Assembly (NCBI GenBank): GCA_963728405.1
Contig: CAVSJV010000003.1
Location: 192,001-256,000 of the forward strand
From: Methanomassiliicoccaceae archaeon
GTDB lineage: Archaea; Thermoplasmatota; Thermoplasmata; Methanomassiliicoccales; Methanomassiliicoccaceae
Direction: 5' to 3'
DNA: 64,000 nt
The position numbers were made by a program, and so were the translations under genes. Under the pieces are notes generated by a model, which did not search any database, was not told where the DNA came from, and saw only the letters and a list, made by a program, of their open reading frames with translations. Shown in pieces: positions 1 to 10,549 of this stretch (position 1 is the first letter of the stretch; every line of letters begins with the position of its first letter).

Positions 1-113
1 AAGACATCGAAATTACCGTCATAGAGCGCTAGTGAGGCTCCAACTAGAGAAAGAATCACGGGTAGGAGCAGAAAGGGCGCCCTGATCTCGACCATCCATA
101 CCTTGAGCGACAT
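1..113 (-). CDS. UbiA/MenA-family prenyltransferase, N-terminus (runs off the window edge)
   Basis: Manual translation from ATG at 113: MSLKVWMVEIRAPFLLLPVILSLVGASLALYDG, a W..E.R.PFL start typical of MenA-like prenyltransferases; AGGGGGT RBS upstream. Confidence 0.6.
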   Translation of the reverse strand, partial: MSLKVWMVEIRAPFLLLPVILSLVGASLALYDGNFDV

Positions 114-662
114 ACCCCCTGATTATCCCCAACATATTAATGAGTTTCAAGCTGACTACCGTATAAAGGCCTCCTCCCCGCTACCGGCTAGTTCCGCAGA
201 TCGTCTCGAGGTGTGATCGATCGAGCGCAATGCTTACCAATCGGACCAATTCACCAAATGATAACGAGAGCATCTGACAAGGAAGGAAGAGCACGAGCGA
301 TCAATGCTGCGTTAACGTATGCTTCGAGCAAATGCTCGAATAGAGCGGCGCCCAGAGACAGACGATCTCTTCGTTTTCTGTTCGATCGCATGCATTTTCT
401 TGTTGTCGGAATCACATCCGTTCGGTGTGAGATCTATTTTCCACTCGATAGTAAGCATTCATATGAACATCGAAAAATAAAAAATAGAAAGAGTATACTC
501 AGCTAGCGGTTCTTGCACGAAGGCCCCGCTATTGAAATGATATCCGAGATGCTGGACTTGGCCCGCTCAAATCCGACCAGGGGCATTCTTCGTATACATA
601 TTACTCAAATTAATTTTGAAAAGTCCCAGGGCCTTAGGAGGCCTCGCCGTTCTACTCATCCA

Positions 663-1613
663 TTAGCTATCATGATTGTATTTTTGGATTATCGTCAGCT
701 CGGGGACCGCAGCTAGAGTCATGGTGTCCGAACCGATCCTGATCCGGTCGGACCCTTGGACCGCCTCGAACATGAGCTGGAACAATTTACTGCGGACCAT
801 CCTTCGTTCATGGACCCGGGTGATATAGCGAACGAAGATGTCCACCCAGTTGTCGTTGAAGGACATGTATAGCGTGGGCCTGACCTCTCGCTTGGTCAGA
901 TAGTACTTCTCCATTACCACCTCGGTCATGGCCTCCTCGGCCATCCTGGCGACTTCCTCCCTCTCCTCCTCAACGATGTTCTGGAACCGCTCCATGGCAT
1001 ACGCCAGATCGCTATCCAATGAGATGGGGAACCTGATCTCATCCCAGAGGAAGGGGAAATCCTTGGTATAATTGTTCATGATGCCGGATATAGCACGACT
1101 GTTGGGGATGGTGGTCAACCGGCCGGTGGCCTGGTCGCCGTCCACCCACTCCCGCATCTCCAAAAGGGTTGTGTAGAGCAACCCAATGTCCACCACATCT
1201 CCTAGCTTGCTCTCGACCTCGATCCGGTCGCCGATGCCGTAAATGCCGGTCGCCAGGATGGCCAGCCCGCCAATGAAGTTTCTGATGCTGTCCTGAAGGA
1301 CGAATGCCCCGGCGGCGCCGATCAATCCCACCGACACGACCAGGACCTCGGGCGTCTGGACCCACAGGACGAGGACCGTACCGATAAAGATGAGCACATA
1401 AAGAACGGTGAGCGCCTTGCTGATGCTGTACCGTGTCTTTCGGTCCTTGATCCGTCTAGAGATCAGTCCCTGAACAACTATCGATAACAGGAAATATATC
1501 ACTGCCAAGGCAAAGAAAGAGTAGGCCAGTACACTTCGTCCGGACAGGTTCAGGGTCAGGAAGAATATCCCTACCATTACGATGGCGACCAGGATGATGA
1601 TCTTCCTAATCAC
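663..1613 (-). CDS. Small-conductance mechanosensitive channel (MscS family)
   Basis: N-terminal TM helices, QDSIRNFIGG, IGDRIEV..GDVVDIG, IPNS..NYT motifs. Confidence 0.9.
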   Translation of the reverse strand: MIRKIIILVAIVMVGIFFLTLNLSGRSVLAYSFFALAVIYFLLSIVVQGLISRRIKDRKTRYSISKALTVLYVLIFIGTVLVLWVQTPEVLVVSVGLIGAAGAFVLQDSIRNFIGGLAILATGIYGIGDRIEVESKLGDVVDIGLLYTTLLEMREWVDGDQATGRLTTIPNSRAISGIMNNYTKDFPFLWDEIRFPISLDSDLAYAMERFQNIVEEEREEVARMAEEAMTEVVMEKYYLTKREVRPTLYMSFNDNWVDIFVRYITRVHERRMVRSKLFQLMFEAVQGSDRIRIGSDTMTLAAVPELTIIQKYNHDS

Positions 1614-2027
1614 ACATTCTAGATGCTGAACTCGTCGTGTAAATACTTATGCGCCTTTGGCCGAGATGAGCGCCGCTCCAGGCACCTAAGGCCACCGGTG
1701 GCGATTCATAGGGGCCAAGGAGGGCTGTGCATAGGACGACCGTCATGCGCATCAGTGCACCTCAAGTGGGGCTGGGACTATCAGGATAGTAATAAGAATC
1801 ATTTTTACCCGCATTATATAAGTTGAGTGGCATCATCGTCATACTGGCTCATATCGGCATCATCGTCATTCCAGGTCGACGGACAATCGGAACCTTGAGT
1901 GAAGGTGGAAAGCCCATACCATGAATTCATAGTATTGTAGGTACGGGATGGGGAAATATCCCGCGGTCCGGACGCTCAAGATGTGACGCATGGTAAAGGT
2001 GAGGGCGGCACCAATCCGGTCGTTCCA

Positions 2028-2348
2028 TCAGTCGGGAAGGAACTCGATGCACAACTGCTTCTTTGCCCTAGCTACGGAACCGGCGATCATCCCGGCCTCC
2101 ACCCAGGCCGCGGTCAGGATCCCTGAGGGCACCAGGCAGTTGGCGCTCATGTCGGAGAGCAGAAAATCATGGAATACCTTGCTGGCATCCTTCTGTATCA
2201 GATCGGTCAAGGTCAAGGGGCCAAGTCCCTCGACCAGCTTCTGGGCCTTCGGGCAAGTGGTGGTCACTCGGACACCATAGGTCCCGTCCTCACCGGCAGA
2301 GACCTCGATCAACGAGGTGTTCTGGCACGGATACATGTTAATGTTCAC
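2028..2348 (-). CDS. Small Cys-containing hypothetical protein (DUF6951-like)
   Basis: PCQ..TTCP..CLVPSGILTAAWVEAGM pattern; the frame stays open to about 2363, where ATC follows a GGTGAGGT RBS. Confidence 0.6.
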   Translation of the reverse strand: MNINMYPCQNTSLIEVSAGEDGTYGVRVTTTCPKAQKLVEGLGPLTLTDLIQKDASKVFHDFLLSDMSANCLVPSGILTAAWVEAGMIAGSVARAKKQLCIEFLPD

Positions 2349-2460
2349 CTTGGAAGTCGTGATGCTACCTCACCGTGATATCGTCTTGACTAGGATAAAA
2401 AGGCCGTTTCTAAATCCGTGACAACTAATATGTTCTGCCAGGCCGATATGTAATTGGGTA

Positions 2461-3171
2461 TTGACCGTGACCGTATGCGCAGAGGAATCCAAGAAACTGG
2501 TCGATGCGTTGGGATTGAAGTACGAACCAGTGGCCATAACCCTGATCAGGAAGGGGGGGTCGGTGCCGGAAAGCTACACGGTGCCGGAAACCCCGATACG
2601 CCATTGCCAGGCCATCATGCGCGCCCGAAAGGGAGAGAGCCTAGTGGTCCACGCCGACAAGCAAGCCTGTCCCGTCGGATCGTCATCCCTTGGCCTGACC
2701 CCTATTACTGAAAAGGTGGCGTCGGGAGAGTTCCACTACAATATGGGCATGTACGAACGTCAGGAGGCGGCGAAGGAGACCATGGAGGTGAGGCCTTCCC
2801 TGGAGGCCGGCAGCGTGGAGGCGACCGCCGTGGCCCCCCTGAGCAAGGCGATGCTCAAGCCAGACGTGGTGGTGATCACCGGAACGCCGGAACAGGTCTT
2901 CTGGCTGCTACCAGCGGCGTCCACGTTCTCGATGGGGGGACGGGTCACCGTGGAGATGGCTTCGGTGCAAGCGGCATGCGCCGATTCGACCGTGATCCCT
3001 TACCTGACCGGCCACGTCAACATCTCCCTAGGGTGCTTCGGTTGCCGGAAGACCACCGACATCGCCCCCGAGGAGATGCTGGTGGGGATCCCGGGCACTA
3101 AGCTCAAGGAGATCGTGGCCGCGGTGGACAAGATGAAAGAGGGGCCCATCCCGAAGTCCCGCGCCAAGTAG
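2461..3171 (+). CDS. DUF169 family protein
   Basis: PVAI, HCQAIMRAR, ACPVG, ACADS, SLGCFGCR motifs. Confidence 0.85.
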   Translation: MTVTVCAEESKKLVDALGLKYEPVAITLIRKGGSVPESYTVPETPIRHCQAIMRARKGESLVVHADKQACPVGSSSLGLTPITEKVASGEFHYNMGMYERQEAAKETMEVRPSLEAGSVEATAVAPLSKAMLKPDVVVITGTPEQVFWLLPAASTFSMGGRVTVEMASVQAACADSTVIPYLTGHVNISLGCFGCRKTTDIAPEEMLVGIPGTKLKEIVAAVDKMKEGPIPKSRAK

Positions 3172-3184
3172 ATGGAGGCACATC

Positions 3185-3847
3185 ATGCAAGGAAAGGATG
3201 ACAGAACTCAGCAGGAGCAATGGGACCAAACCTATGCTGGCGCGCAGGATTTCTTCGGCAAATTGCCGAGCGAGCTAGCGGTGAGGGCGCTCAATACCCT
3301 CAGAGAGAACAAGGCCGGAATCCTTTTGGAGCTGGGCTGCGGCCAGGGCCGGGACACCTGGTTCTTTGCCCACAATGGCCTGGAGGTGACCGCTCTCGAC
3401 TATTCTGAGGCGGGCATCTGCCAGATGAGAGCTAGGGCCAAAGATCAGGGGGCGAAGATCACCTTGAATGTCCATGATGCCCGTGACCCCTTGCCGTTCC
3501 CCGATGGATCCTTCGATGCCGTGTACTCCCACATGTTCTTCACCATGGAGTTCACCGATGATCAGATCTCGATGATGCTTGCAGAGTGCCGCCGGGTGCT
3601 GCGACCAGGCGGTCTGAACATATACTCGGTCAGGAACGACCACGATCCTCACTACGGCAAGTTCACCCCTAAGGGCAAGGATATGTGGCAGAACCCGCTG
3701 GGCTTCGTCGTGCACTTCTTCTCTGAAGAAAAGATCAGACAGCTTTCCACCGGTTACGATCTTCTCTGGATCAAAGAGTTCGAGGACCCTTTGCCGCCCT
3801 TCACCAAGAAGCTGTACGAGGTCGTCCTGCGGAAGCCGAGCATCTGA
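3185..3847 (+). CDS. Class I SAM-dependent methyltransferase
   Basis: LLELGCGQGRD motif I, FDAVYS, RVLRPGG. Confidence 0.9.
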   Translation: MQGKDDRTQQEQWDQTYAGAQDFFGKLPSELAVRALNTLRENKAGILLELGCGQGRDTWFFAHNGLEVTALDYSEAGICQMRARAKDQGAKITLNVHDARDPLPFPDGSFDAVYSHMFFTMEFTDDQISMMLAECRRVLRPGGLNIYSVRNDHDPHYGKFTPKGKDMWQNPLGFVVHFFSEEKIRQLSTGYDLLWIKEFEDPLPPFTKKLYEVVLRKPSI

Positions 3848-3937
3848 CAAGGGCCGAGCGATCGGCTTGGCCGCGCGGTGGGACGGTCATGATGCGTCAA
3901 CGCTAAGACCTGACGCACGATTACATGAGCGATATCG

Positions 3938-4498
3938 ATGATCTGCCCTCAATGCAAGTCCGGGGTCGCCGACGCGATCAATTTCTGCCCGAATTGCGGA
4001 ACGCCGAAGGCCAAGTTCCTGCCGGGCGGTACCTTTGCTCCTCATCAACCAGCATCCCCTATCCTGGCTCCCGTTCAGATCTCCCCCGCCGTTCTCCAAG
4101 CCCTATTCCTTCGCCCGGGGGAGCGCGCGGTCGGGGTCTGGAGGGCAGGCTATGTGCTCCCTGACCGCTCGTTCGATGATGAGGAGGCATCCACGCCCAT
4201 GACCCCTGGAATCTTAGTGGCCTCCGACCAGCGGCTCATCTTCGTGCAGGAGAAGGGCATACTGAACAAGAGCTACCGGCCGATGGATTCCATGGAACTC
4301 CGGCAGATAACCGGTCACCGGATCACCTCCCTGCTCAGGATGAAGGAGCTGGAGGTCGAGCTGCAGGACCAGAAGGGACGCAGAAAGCAACGGTTCTCTA
4401 ACCTGTACGAGATCGACCCCCTCTCCCTCAAGCCGCTCCGGCCGTCCACCCCGGATGAGGCTAGGTCCTTCTTCGGTAACCTGATCGGGGCGCGATGA
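3938..4498 (+). CDS. Zinc-ribbon plus bacterial PH-like domain protein
   Basis: CPQC..FCPNCG at the N-terminus; GILVASDQRLIFV..GIL PH-like strand pattern. Confidence 0.65.
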   Translation: MICPQCKSGVADAINFCPNCGTPKAKFLPGGTFAPHQPASPILAPVQISPAVLQALFLRPGERAVGVWRAGYVLPDRSFDDEEASTPMTPGILVASDQRLIFVQEKGILNKSYRPMDSMELRQITGHRITSLLRMKELEVELQDQKGRRKQRFSNLYEIDPLSLKPLRPSTPDEARSFFGNLIGAR

Positions 4499-4499
4499 G

Positions 4500-4579
4500 A
4501 GGGGAGCGGCCACCAGAACTGGAGCCTCATTACAAACATGGAGCGAGAAAGCCCACGAATTTATTCGTGGGAGTGTCAA
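4500..4579 (+). mobile_element. Solo IS200/IS605-type right end (hairpin plus TCAA terminus)
   Basis: GAAAGCCCACGAATTTATTCGTGGGAGTGTCAA; CCCACGAA/TTCGTGGG stem; same terminus as the element at 17858. Confidence 0.65.
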
Positions 4580-5455
4580 GAATCGCGGATCCCGATGTCC
4601 TCGGCGACGAACCGCTTCTTAAGTTCGGTGAGGAATTCTGAGACGATCTCGTCGCGCTTGTTGATCTCACTGTATCCATATACGGATAGCGATCCGGACC
4701 CGACTGCCCTGGACGTCGACCACGTTCACCTGGGGGTTCAGCATGCTGAGATCGCAGCTGGAACCGAACAGGGCGCGAATGGAGGGACGCTCGAAGAGCT
4801 TAACGACCGCTTTCTTCTCCTCCTCGAGCACAAGCGGCAGGATACGAGGATGGATGTCCGCCTCATCGAGGACGATCTTCCTTATCCGCTCGAGATCACT
4901 GACCGGAGCGATCCACATAGGGACCGTCAGTGCTACGAAGCCGGCCTTCGTGTAGTTGACCACCTTGCCATTGATTATCTGTGAGTTCGGGACTATCGCG
5001 ATGCGCCCGTCCACATCCCGTAGTACGGTGGACATCAAGGTGATGTCCTTGACCCGGGATACCCCGGTGGTCGGGGCCAGACCGACCTCTATCCAATCTT
5101 CCAGCTGGATCGGCCTTGTGATGGAGATGATGAGCCCGGACAACATGTTCTGGATGATCTGCTGGGAGGCGAAGGCGATGACCACGCCCACCAAGCCCAG
5201 GGAGATGACAAGGCCGGTAAGCTGCAGCTGGAGCAACTCGCTGAAACCAATGATAGCGGCCGTGCCGATGATGACATACTGGGCGGTCCGAGCCACTACC
5301 TTGGACAGCCGACGACCTACCTTCTCGTCCAGGTTCCTCCTGATGAGCATGCTGGCGACCTTCCCCAACAGCACGCCCACGATCAGGAGGAGCGCGAAGA
5401 GGATCGAACTTGTGGCCGTTATGCCACCGATGATGGGCTCCTCCAACCAGCTCAT
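4576..5455 (-). CDS. MscS family mechanosensitive channel (1-nt frameshift near 4668)
   Basis: QQIIQNMLSG, VPNSQI..VVNYT; after WIQ a shifted frame continues EINKRDEIVSEFLTELKKRF..IRDS to a stop at 4576. Confidence 0.85.
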
Positions 5456-5474
5456 CCGATCCCTCCCGTTCTAC

Positions 5475-5956
5475 TCACTGAGCGTTATCCTTATTGAAGA
5501 GGTCCTTTCCCTTTAAGAACAACTCCAAGCTGATTATCTCGCCTATCAGACGGCCTTCGTTGTCAACCACTGGGAGATCGTTGAGTGCTCCTGGATCATG
5601 ATGTCCAGCGCCTCGGTCAACCGGGCCTCCTTGACCACTGACCGTGTGGGCGTGATGAGACCCTCCACCCCCTCCTTGAACATATCGCGGAGGAAGCGAT
5701 AGAACGAGAGGCCGCCCAGCTCTCGCACTCCGACCCGGTAACCGATCAGCCTCAGGAGGGTCTCGGTGTTGATCATGCCCAAAAGCTTACCGTCATCATT
5801 GACGACATATACCTTCCTGGAGATGGGGTTCTGGAGCATTGCCTCAATGACCTCTTTGATCTCCCCATCCTTCTTCACAGTGGAGGGCCTCTTCACCATG
5901 AGCTCGTAAACGTCACTGACGAGGGTATCGCTGAACTTCTTATCCATCTCTACCAT
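5475..5956 (-). CDS. CBS-domain pair protein (frameshift near 5586)
   Basis: VYVVNDDGKLLGMI; the second CBS motif NDLPVVDNEGRLIGEI lies in a shifted frame. Confidence 0.8.
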
Positions 5957-6086
5957 GTGCCTGAAATGCAGAACTCGATACTTGAAATCGATGTCCTATC
6001 GGGAAGGCGACCACCATCTTGGAGGACCTATTGATCGGCTCCCCGTCTCAAACGCTCCTTGACGTCGCGAGCCAGTGGGCTGACCA

Positions 6087-6758
6087 TCATGTGCTCTTGC
6101 AGGGGCGCAGGGCGATCACTTCGATCAGGCTATCCCAGTCCAGGATGGTCTCAACGCAGCCGTCCTTGGAGGTGATCACACCCATGGCCAGGAGATCCAT
6201 GCGATCCGCCATCTCCAGCCCTTCCTTCACTTCCATGATGCAGCCGACGCCCACGATGGCCTCCGGGCGGTACTTCTTGATCAGACGAGTAACGAAGGTC
6301 GATCCGGGAACGATGAACACCTTGCACCCATGACCTTCCAGTTCGTCAATGGTCTTCCCGATGTCACAGCGCATGCACCGCTTGCATACCAGGCCTTCAG
6401 TGGTCAAGCTGGCTGGGCAGTCCGCAGAACGGAGGCATTGAGGGAGGAACACCATGCGCCGGGCCACTGGGACATTGCTGAACCGGTCTCGGTTCATCTG
6501 GTTGTGAAGCCGAATGGTGAAGGAGATCAGGTCGTTACCATCGATCTTTCCCATCCTCCAAAGGACCTTGATTAGCCCCTCGAAGACTATGAGGCCGGGG
6601 CGGAGCAACCAGGGCAGATAAAATTGCCCCTTGCGCATGGAGAGGAGGGTCAATGCCACCATGAAAAGGGATAAGACCAGCACGCCCACCAACAGGATGA
6701 TCGTGATGTAGCCTAGGATGGACATCATCTGATCGAAGGAAGGAAGGACTATGACCAC
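6087..6758 (-). CDS. DUF116 family membrane protein (start uncertain)
   Basis: FLPQCLRSADCPA, CKRCMRCDI, IVPGS, IVGVGC, GCVET motifs. Confidence 0.85.
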   Translation of the reverse strand: MVIVLPSFDQMMSILGYITIILLVGVLVLSLFMVALTLLSMRKGQFYLPWLLRPGLIVFEGLIKVLWRMGKIDGNDLISFTIRLHNQMNRDRFSNVPVARRMVFLPQCLRSADCPASLTTEGLVCKRCMRCDIGKTIDELEGHGCKVFIVPGSTFVTRLIKKYRPEAIVGVGCIMEVKEGLEMADRMDLLAMGVITSKDGCVETILDWDSLIEVIALRPCKST

Positions 6759-6993
6759 GGGCGGCCATAGGAGGACCCCACTATAACAGTATGCCCTTTT
6801 GATTCCGACAAAACGCGAGGTCGACCGCCCCATTTCAGCAGCACTTAATAGGCTAAGGGTTCGAGCGCACGGGGATCCAGAACGACAGCGTACCGAGCAA
6901 TGACCTTTTCTTTTCGTTAGATCGTTCTGGATTTCTTTTTAAATCGCTGGCTCTCAAAATGGGGGCCGAACCTGATTCGGACCCGGTGGGAAT

Positions 6994-7945
6994 GTGAAGA
7001 AGGTCGCGATCTTAGCGGTGGCCGTTGCCCTTATCCTTGTGGCGGCGGAGGCGTATGTGATATTGATCTCCGGTAAATGGTCCAACAATGCGGTATTGTC
7101 GCCGGTCGACAACAATGGGGCGAACGATACCGGAGACCAGCAGCTCCCTGCATCAGGCAATGATTCCTTATCGGTACCGTTCCCGATGGACATCGCTCCG
7201 GTGGATGCCAAGATTGCCTTGGAGCTCAGCTACCCTGGAAAGGGGGGGGAGGGAAACGTACAACTATGCCTGGGATCAGTCCTACGGGTTCCGGCTCAAC
7301 ATCTCGGTCCTTAACGGTTTCGAGGGGCCGAGTGCTCACCAAGGTCTTCGCCAATAAGTCCGAGGAGATCGGAACGCATTGTCTGATCATCACTCCGGCC
7401 GGAGGGCCGCCCATATCCTGGCAGTCGAACGAGAAGAGTGGGATCAACATCATCAGCGGCGACCTGGAACTGGACCAGCAACGGGACCGGTGGTAACGCT
7501 GTCGCGTTCACCCCGATATTCAACCGGGCGGGGGACTTCAACAGCACCTTCCAGTCGTTCGACCTGGACACCAGCAAGCCGCTGTCCACCCCGTTGACGG
7601 TGGGTCCATTGCGCACACCAGTGATCGGGACCCTCCGAGTAGATGCCCTTGGCCCAGGAAGCTATCGGGCCGAAGGGGGATACGACCTACTACGCGATAC
7701 TGATCAACGTCACCAATGGTTGGAACATAAGGTATGTGGTGGACGCCTCAAACCTGGTGCTTAGCAATGGGACCTCGGAAGTAAGGGCCAACCTAAGTGC
7801 GATGTCCTTCGGGAACCAGAGCCTGGCCGCCGGTCAGTCTACTCAATTCCTGGCCTATTTCGATATCACCGGGGACATCGATACTTTCCGGCTGGAGTAC
7901 CGGGGCCTGAACAGCGCTCAGGTCATCACGGTACCGCTGGGCTGA
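6994..7945 (+). CDS. Membrane-anchored or secreted protein with C-terminal DUF4352-like Ig domain, split by several frameshifts
   Basis: Signal anchor at 6994; consecutive Asn/Thr/Ser-rich beta-strand fragments in ORFs 6994, 7088, 7266, 7438 and 7643; ends LAAGQSTQFLAYFDI..LEY. Confidence 0.5.
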
Positions 7946-8026
7946 CCCAAACTCCTTTCTTCTTTATTTGGCGCCCTGGCCAGGGCATGCATGTTTATCT
8001 TGGGAGATCGCATTCACGTTGAGGCC

Positions 8027-8855
8027 ATGGCGGAGCTGTCCCTTGCTAGCCAGATAACTCTCAACAACGGAGTGACCATACCAAATCTGGGCCTGGGGGT
8101 GTTCCAGGTGCCCAACGACGCAGCCCATCGGATCGTTCTGCAGGCCCTGAACATCGGTTACCGGCACATCGACACGGCGGCCTATTACCAGAACGAGGAG
8201 GGAGTGGGCCGGGCGGTCCGGGAGAGCGGGGTTCCGAGGGAAGAGGTCTTCGTGACCACTAAGCTTTGGAACAGCGATCATGGGTTCAGGGAGGCCTTGA
8301 ACGCCTGCGACCGCAGCCTTAGGGCGCTCGGCCTGGACTATGTGGACCTGTATCTCATCCATTGGCCTCGCAGCGACCGTCGGGTGGAGACCTGGAGGGC
8401 CCTGGAGCGCATCCTGGACGAAGGGAAGGCCCGGGCCATCGGGGTGAGCAATTATCTCCCCCGGCATCTGGATGAGACGATAGCGAACGCCTCGGTCGTT
8501 CCGGCGATCGATCAGGTGGAATTCTCCCCATTCCTGTACCAAAAAGAGCTGCTGTCCTACCGTCCGGTCCAAGGGCATGGTGCTGGAAGCGTTCAGCCCG
8601 CTCACCAGGGGAAGGAAGCTGGGGGATCCCCGCCTCCTCGCCTTGGCCAAGGACTATGGGCGATCCCCGGCCCAGCTATTGATCCGGTGGGTCCTGCAGA
8701 AAGGAATGGTGGTCATTCCCAAGTCCGTTGACCCAGGCAGGCTCAAGGAGAACGCCAGCGTTTTCGATTTTGCCATCTCTGCCCGGGACGAGGGGGCGAT
8801 GGATTCCTGGAGCGAAGACTTCCATACCACCTGGAACCCTGCGGACATCCCCTGA
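8027..8855 (+). CDS. Aldo/keto reductase (frameshift near 8560)
   Basis: GLGVFQ, GYRHIDTAAYY, DLYLIHWP, IGVSN, IPKS split over ORFs 7991 and 8577. Confidence 0.9.
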
Positions 8856-8920
8856 CCTCGCTCAGCTCAGCTATCCTTTAGGCGAACAACTTATGGCCCC
8901 GGCCGACGATAAGGGAGGCC

Positions 8921-9728
8921 ATGACCGGACCGATGGAGGCCATCCGGAAGAAGTGCGAACAGCTCGACGTTCCGCTGGTAGGCGTAGCTCCGGTCGATCG
9001 GTGGGACGAGGAGCCGTTCCAACCATGGGTGCCGCCCGACTTCCGGCCGAGGAACATCTATCCAGAAGCAAGGTCGGTGGTCGTCATCGGCCTGCCGGTG
9101 GACCTGCCGGTGCTGGAAACGACCCCTTCCATCTTCTACCATGAGCTATACAACACGGTGAACCGGCTGCTGGACGAGAGCGCCTATCGCATCGCCGTCA
9201 TGCTCAACGGGATGGGCCATCCGTCCATCTTCACCCCCCGGGACGGGTATGGCATGCTGGACGTGCTGAAGGACCGCCCCCTGGCGTTCTTCTCCCACCG
9301 CCACGCGGCTTACCTTGCCGGCCTAGGTACGTTCGGGGTCAACAATATGCTCCTGACCCCGCGATACGGCCCCCGGGTGCGATTCACATCGATACTGACC
9401 ACGGCGCCACTGCCGCCCGACCCGATCATGGAGGAAGAACTGTGCATCAGGTGCATGCGCTGCGCCAGGTCCTGCCCTGCCCAGGCCCTGGAGGAGAAAG
9501 GGTACCCCGAGGGGCTCACCCTGAAGGACCGCTGCACAGAATACAATCTCGGCCTGGCCGAGCGGTACAGTCTCGCCCTGCGGGGTCTGCATCAAGGTCT
9601 GCCCAGTAGGAGCAGACCGTGGGGCCTTCGACCGCCGGGACGCCCGCATCTACGATGACCGGCAGAAGTTCGACAGGCATCATCGCGCCTGGGAACATGT
9701 CCGCGCCTATGGGGGAAAGCGCAGTTAG
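8921..9728 (+). CDS. Epoxyqueuosine-reductase-like 4Fe-4S protein (frameshift near 9570)
   Basis: FSHRHAAYLAGLG, YGPRVRF, CIRCMRCARSCP; second cluster motif CGVCIKVCP in a shifted frame ending at TAG 9728. Confidence 0.8.
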
Positions 9729-9741
9729 ATGTGAGGGGGCG

Positions 9742-10082
9742 GAGAAACCCCCAAATTTTCTGGACGAGTTGCGTTAAATCCTTTGGATTCCATCGAGAAA
9801 AAGGCATCAACTTACTGTTAATCGAGGCTTCCTCCTCTCACTGGAGGATGAGGACAAGTTAACTCTGTCCGATTGGGTCTACGAATACGAGCTCTGTGGT
9901 TTGGAGATGGGCCGCGACCTGAACACCACCAATAACATACTCGCTAGGGCCGGACCGAAGTCACGCCTGTGGAGACGATGTAGTTCCTTCGCTATCGAAG
10001 GTCATTGTCGCTGAAGCAGGAACTATATGCTTGGTAAAGGCCGAGATGGGAATACCACGATCAAACCGTGGGAGGATGTCAC
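9742..10082 (+). mobile_element. Degenerate IS200/IS605 remnant with tnpB 3' fragment and right end
   Basis: From 9841 reads KLTLSDWVYEYELCGLEMGRDLNTTNNILAR (TnpB zinc finger/RuvC-III-like); ends CCACGATCAAACCGTGGGAGGATGTCAC. Confidence 0.75.
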
Positions 10083-10116
10083 AAAGCATTTTGTCCAGCT
10101 CCCCCTATGAGGTCGT

Positions 10117-10515
10117 ATGAAGCAGGAAGTGAAGGCGTTCCTGGACACCGCGGCGGGCAGGCGGGCAGCTCAGCTCCGGAAGCAGGACCCCGAGGTCAAA
10201 GCATCTTACGTCCTGGATGACCAGGCACCTCGAGCGGTGGTCAAGGCAGAGAAGGACGGCCAGGTGTTGGCCTTCGAGTTCCTGGAGACCGCCGAGACCG
10301 CGGCAATCCAGGCCAATATGGAGGACTATGTGTTCTCGGCCAACGAGTTCGGGGCAGTGACCGTGTGCCTGCCGGAAGCGAACTATCCCCGGGAGATCGC
10401 CTCCACCGTCCTCACCGATCTTCAAGGCCGCATCAGGAAGGGCGGGGCCACTGGCGATTTCAGGTTCTCCGGCTACGTCTACGACACCATGGGAAATTTC
10501 AAGAAGGTCAAGTGA
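10117..10515 (+). CDS. Hypothetical protein
   Basis: 132-aa ORF with GAGGT RBS and host-like codon usage. Confidence 0.7.
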   Translation: MKQEVKAFLDTAAGRRAAQLRKQDPEVKASYVLDDQAPRAVVKAEKDGQVLAFEFLETAETAAIQANMEDYVFSANEFGAVTVCLPEANYPREIASTVLTDLQGRIRKGGATGDFRFSGYVYDTMGNFKKVK

Positions 10516-10549
10516 GCTGGGTTCGCCGAGCGGTAGAGGTCCTGATCCC

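Noticed and set aside
213-716. Plus-strand ORFs 213-506 and 513-716
   Set aside because: AT-rich sequence with atypical codon usage and no motifs; more likely intergenic.
1829-1869. 14-nt direct repeat as a mini-CRISPR
   Set aside because: Only two short copies with a 13-nt gap and no cas genes. No CRISPR array is visible in the window.
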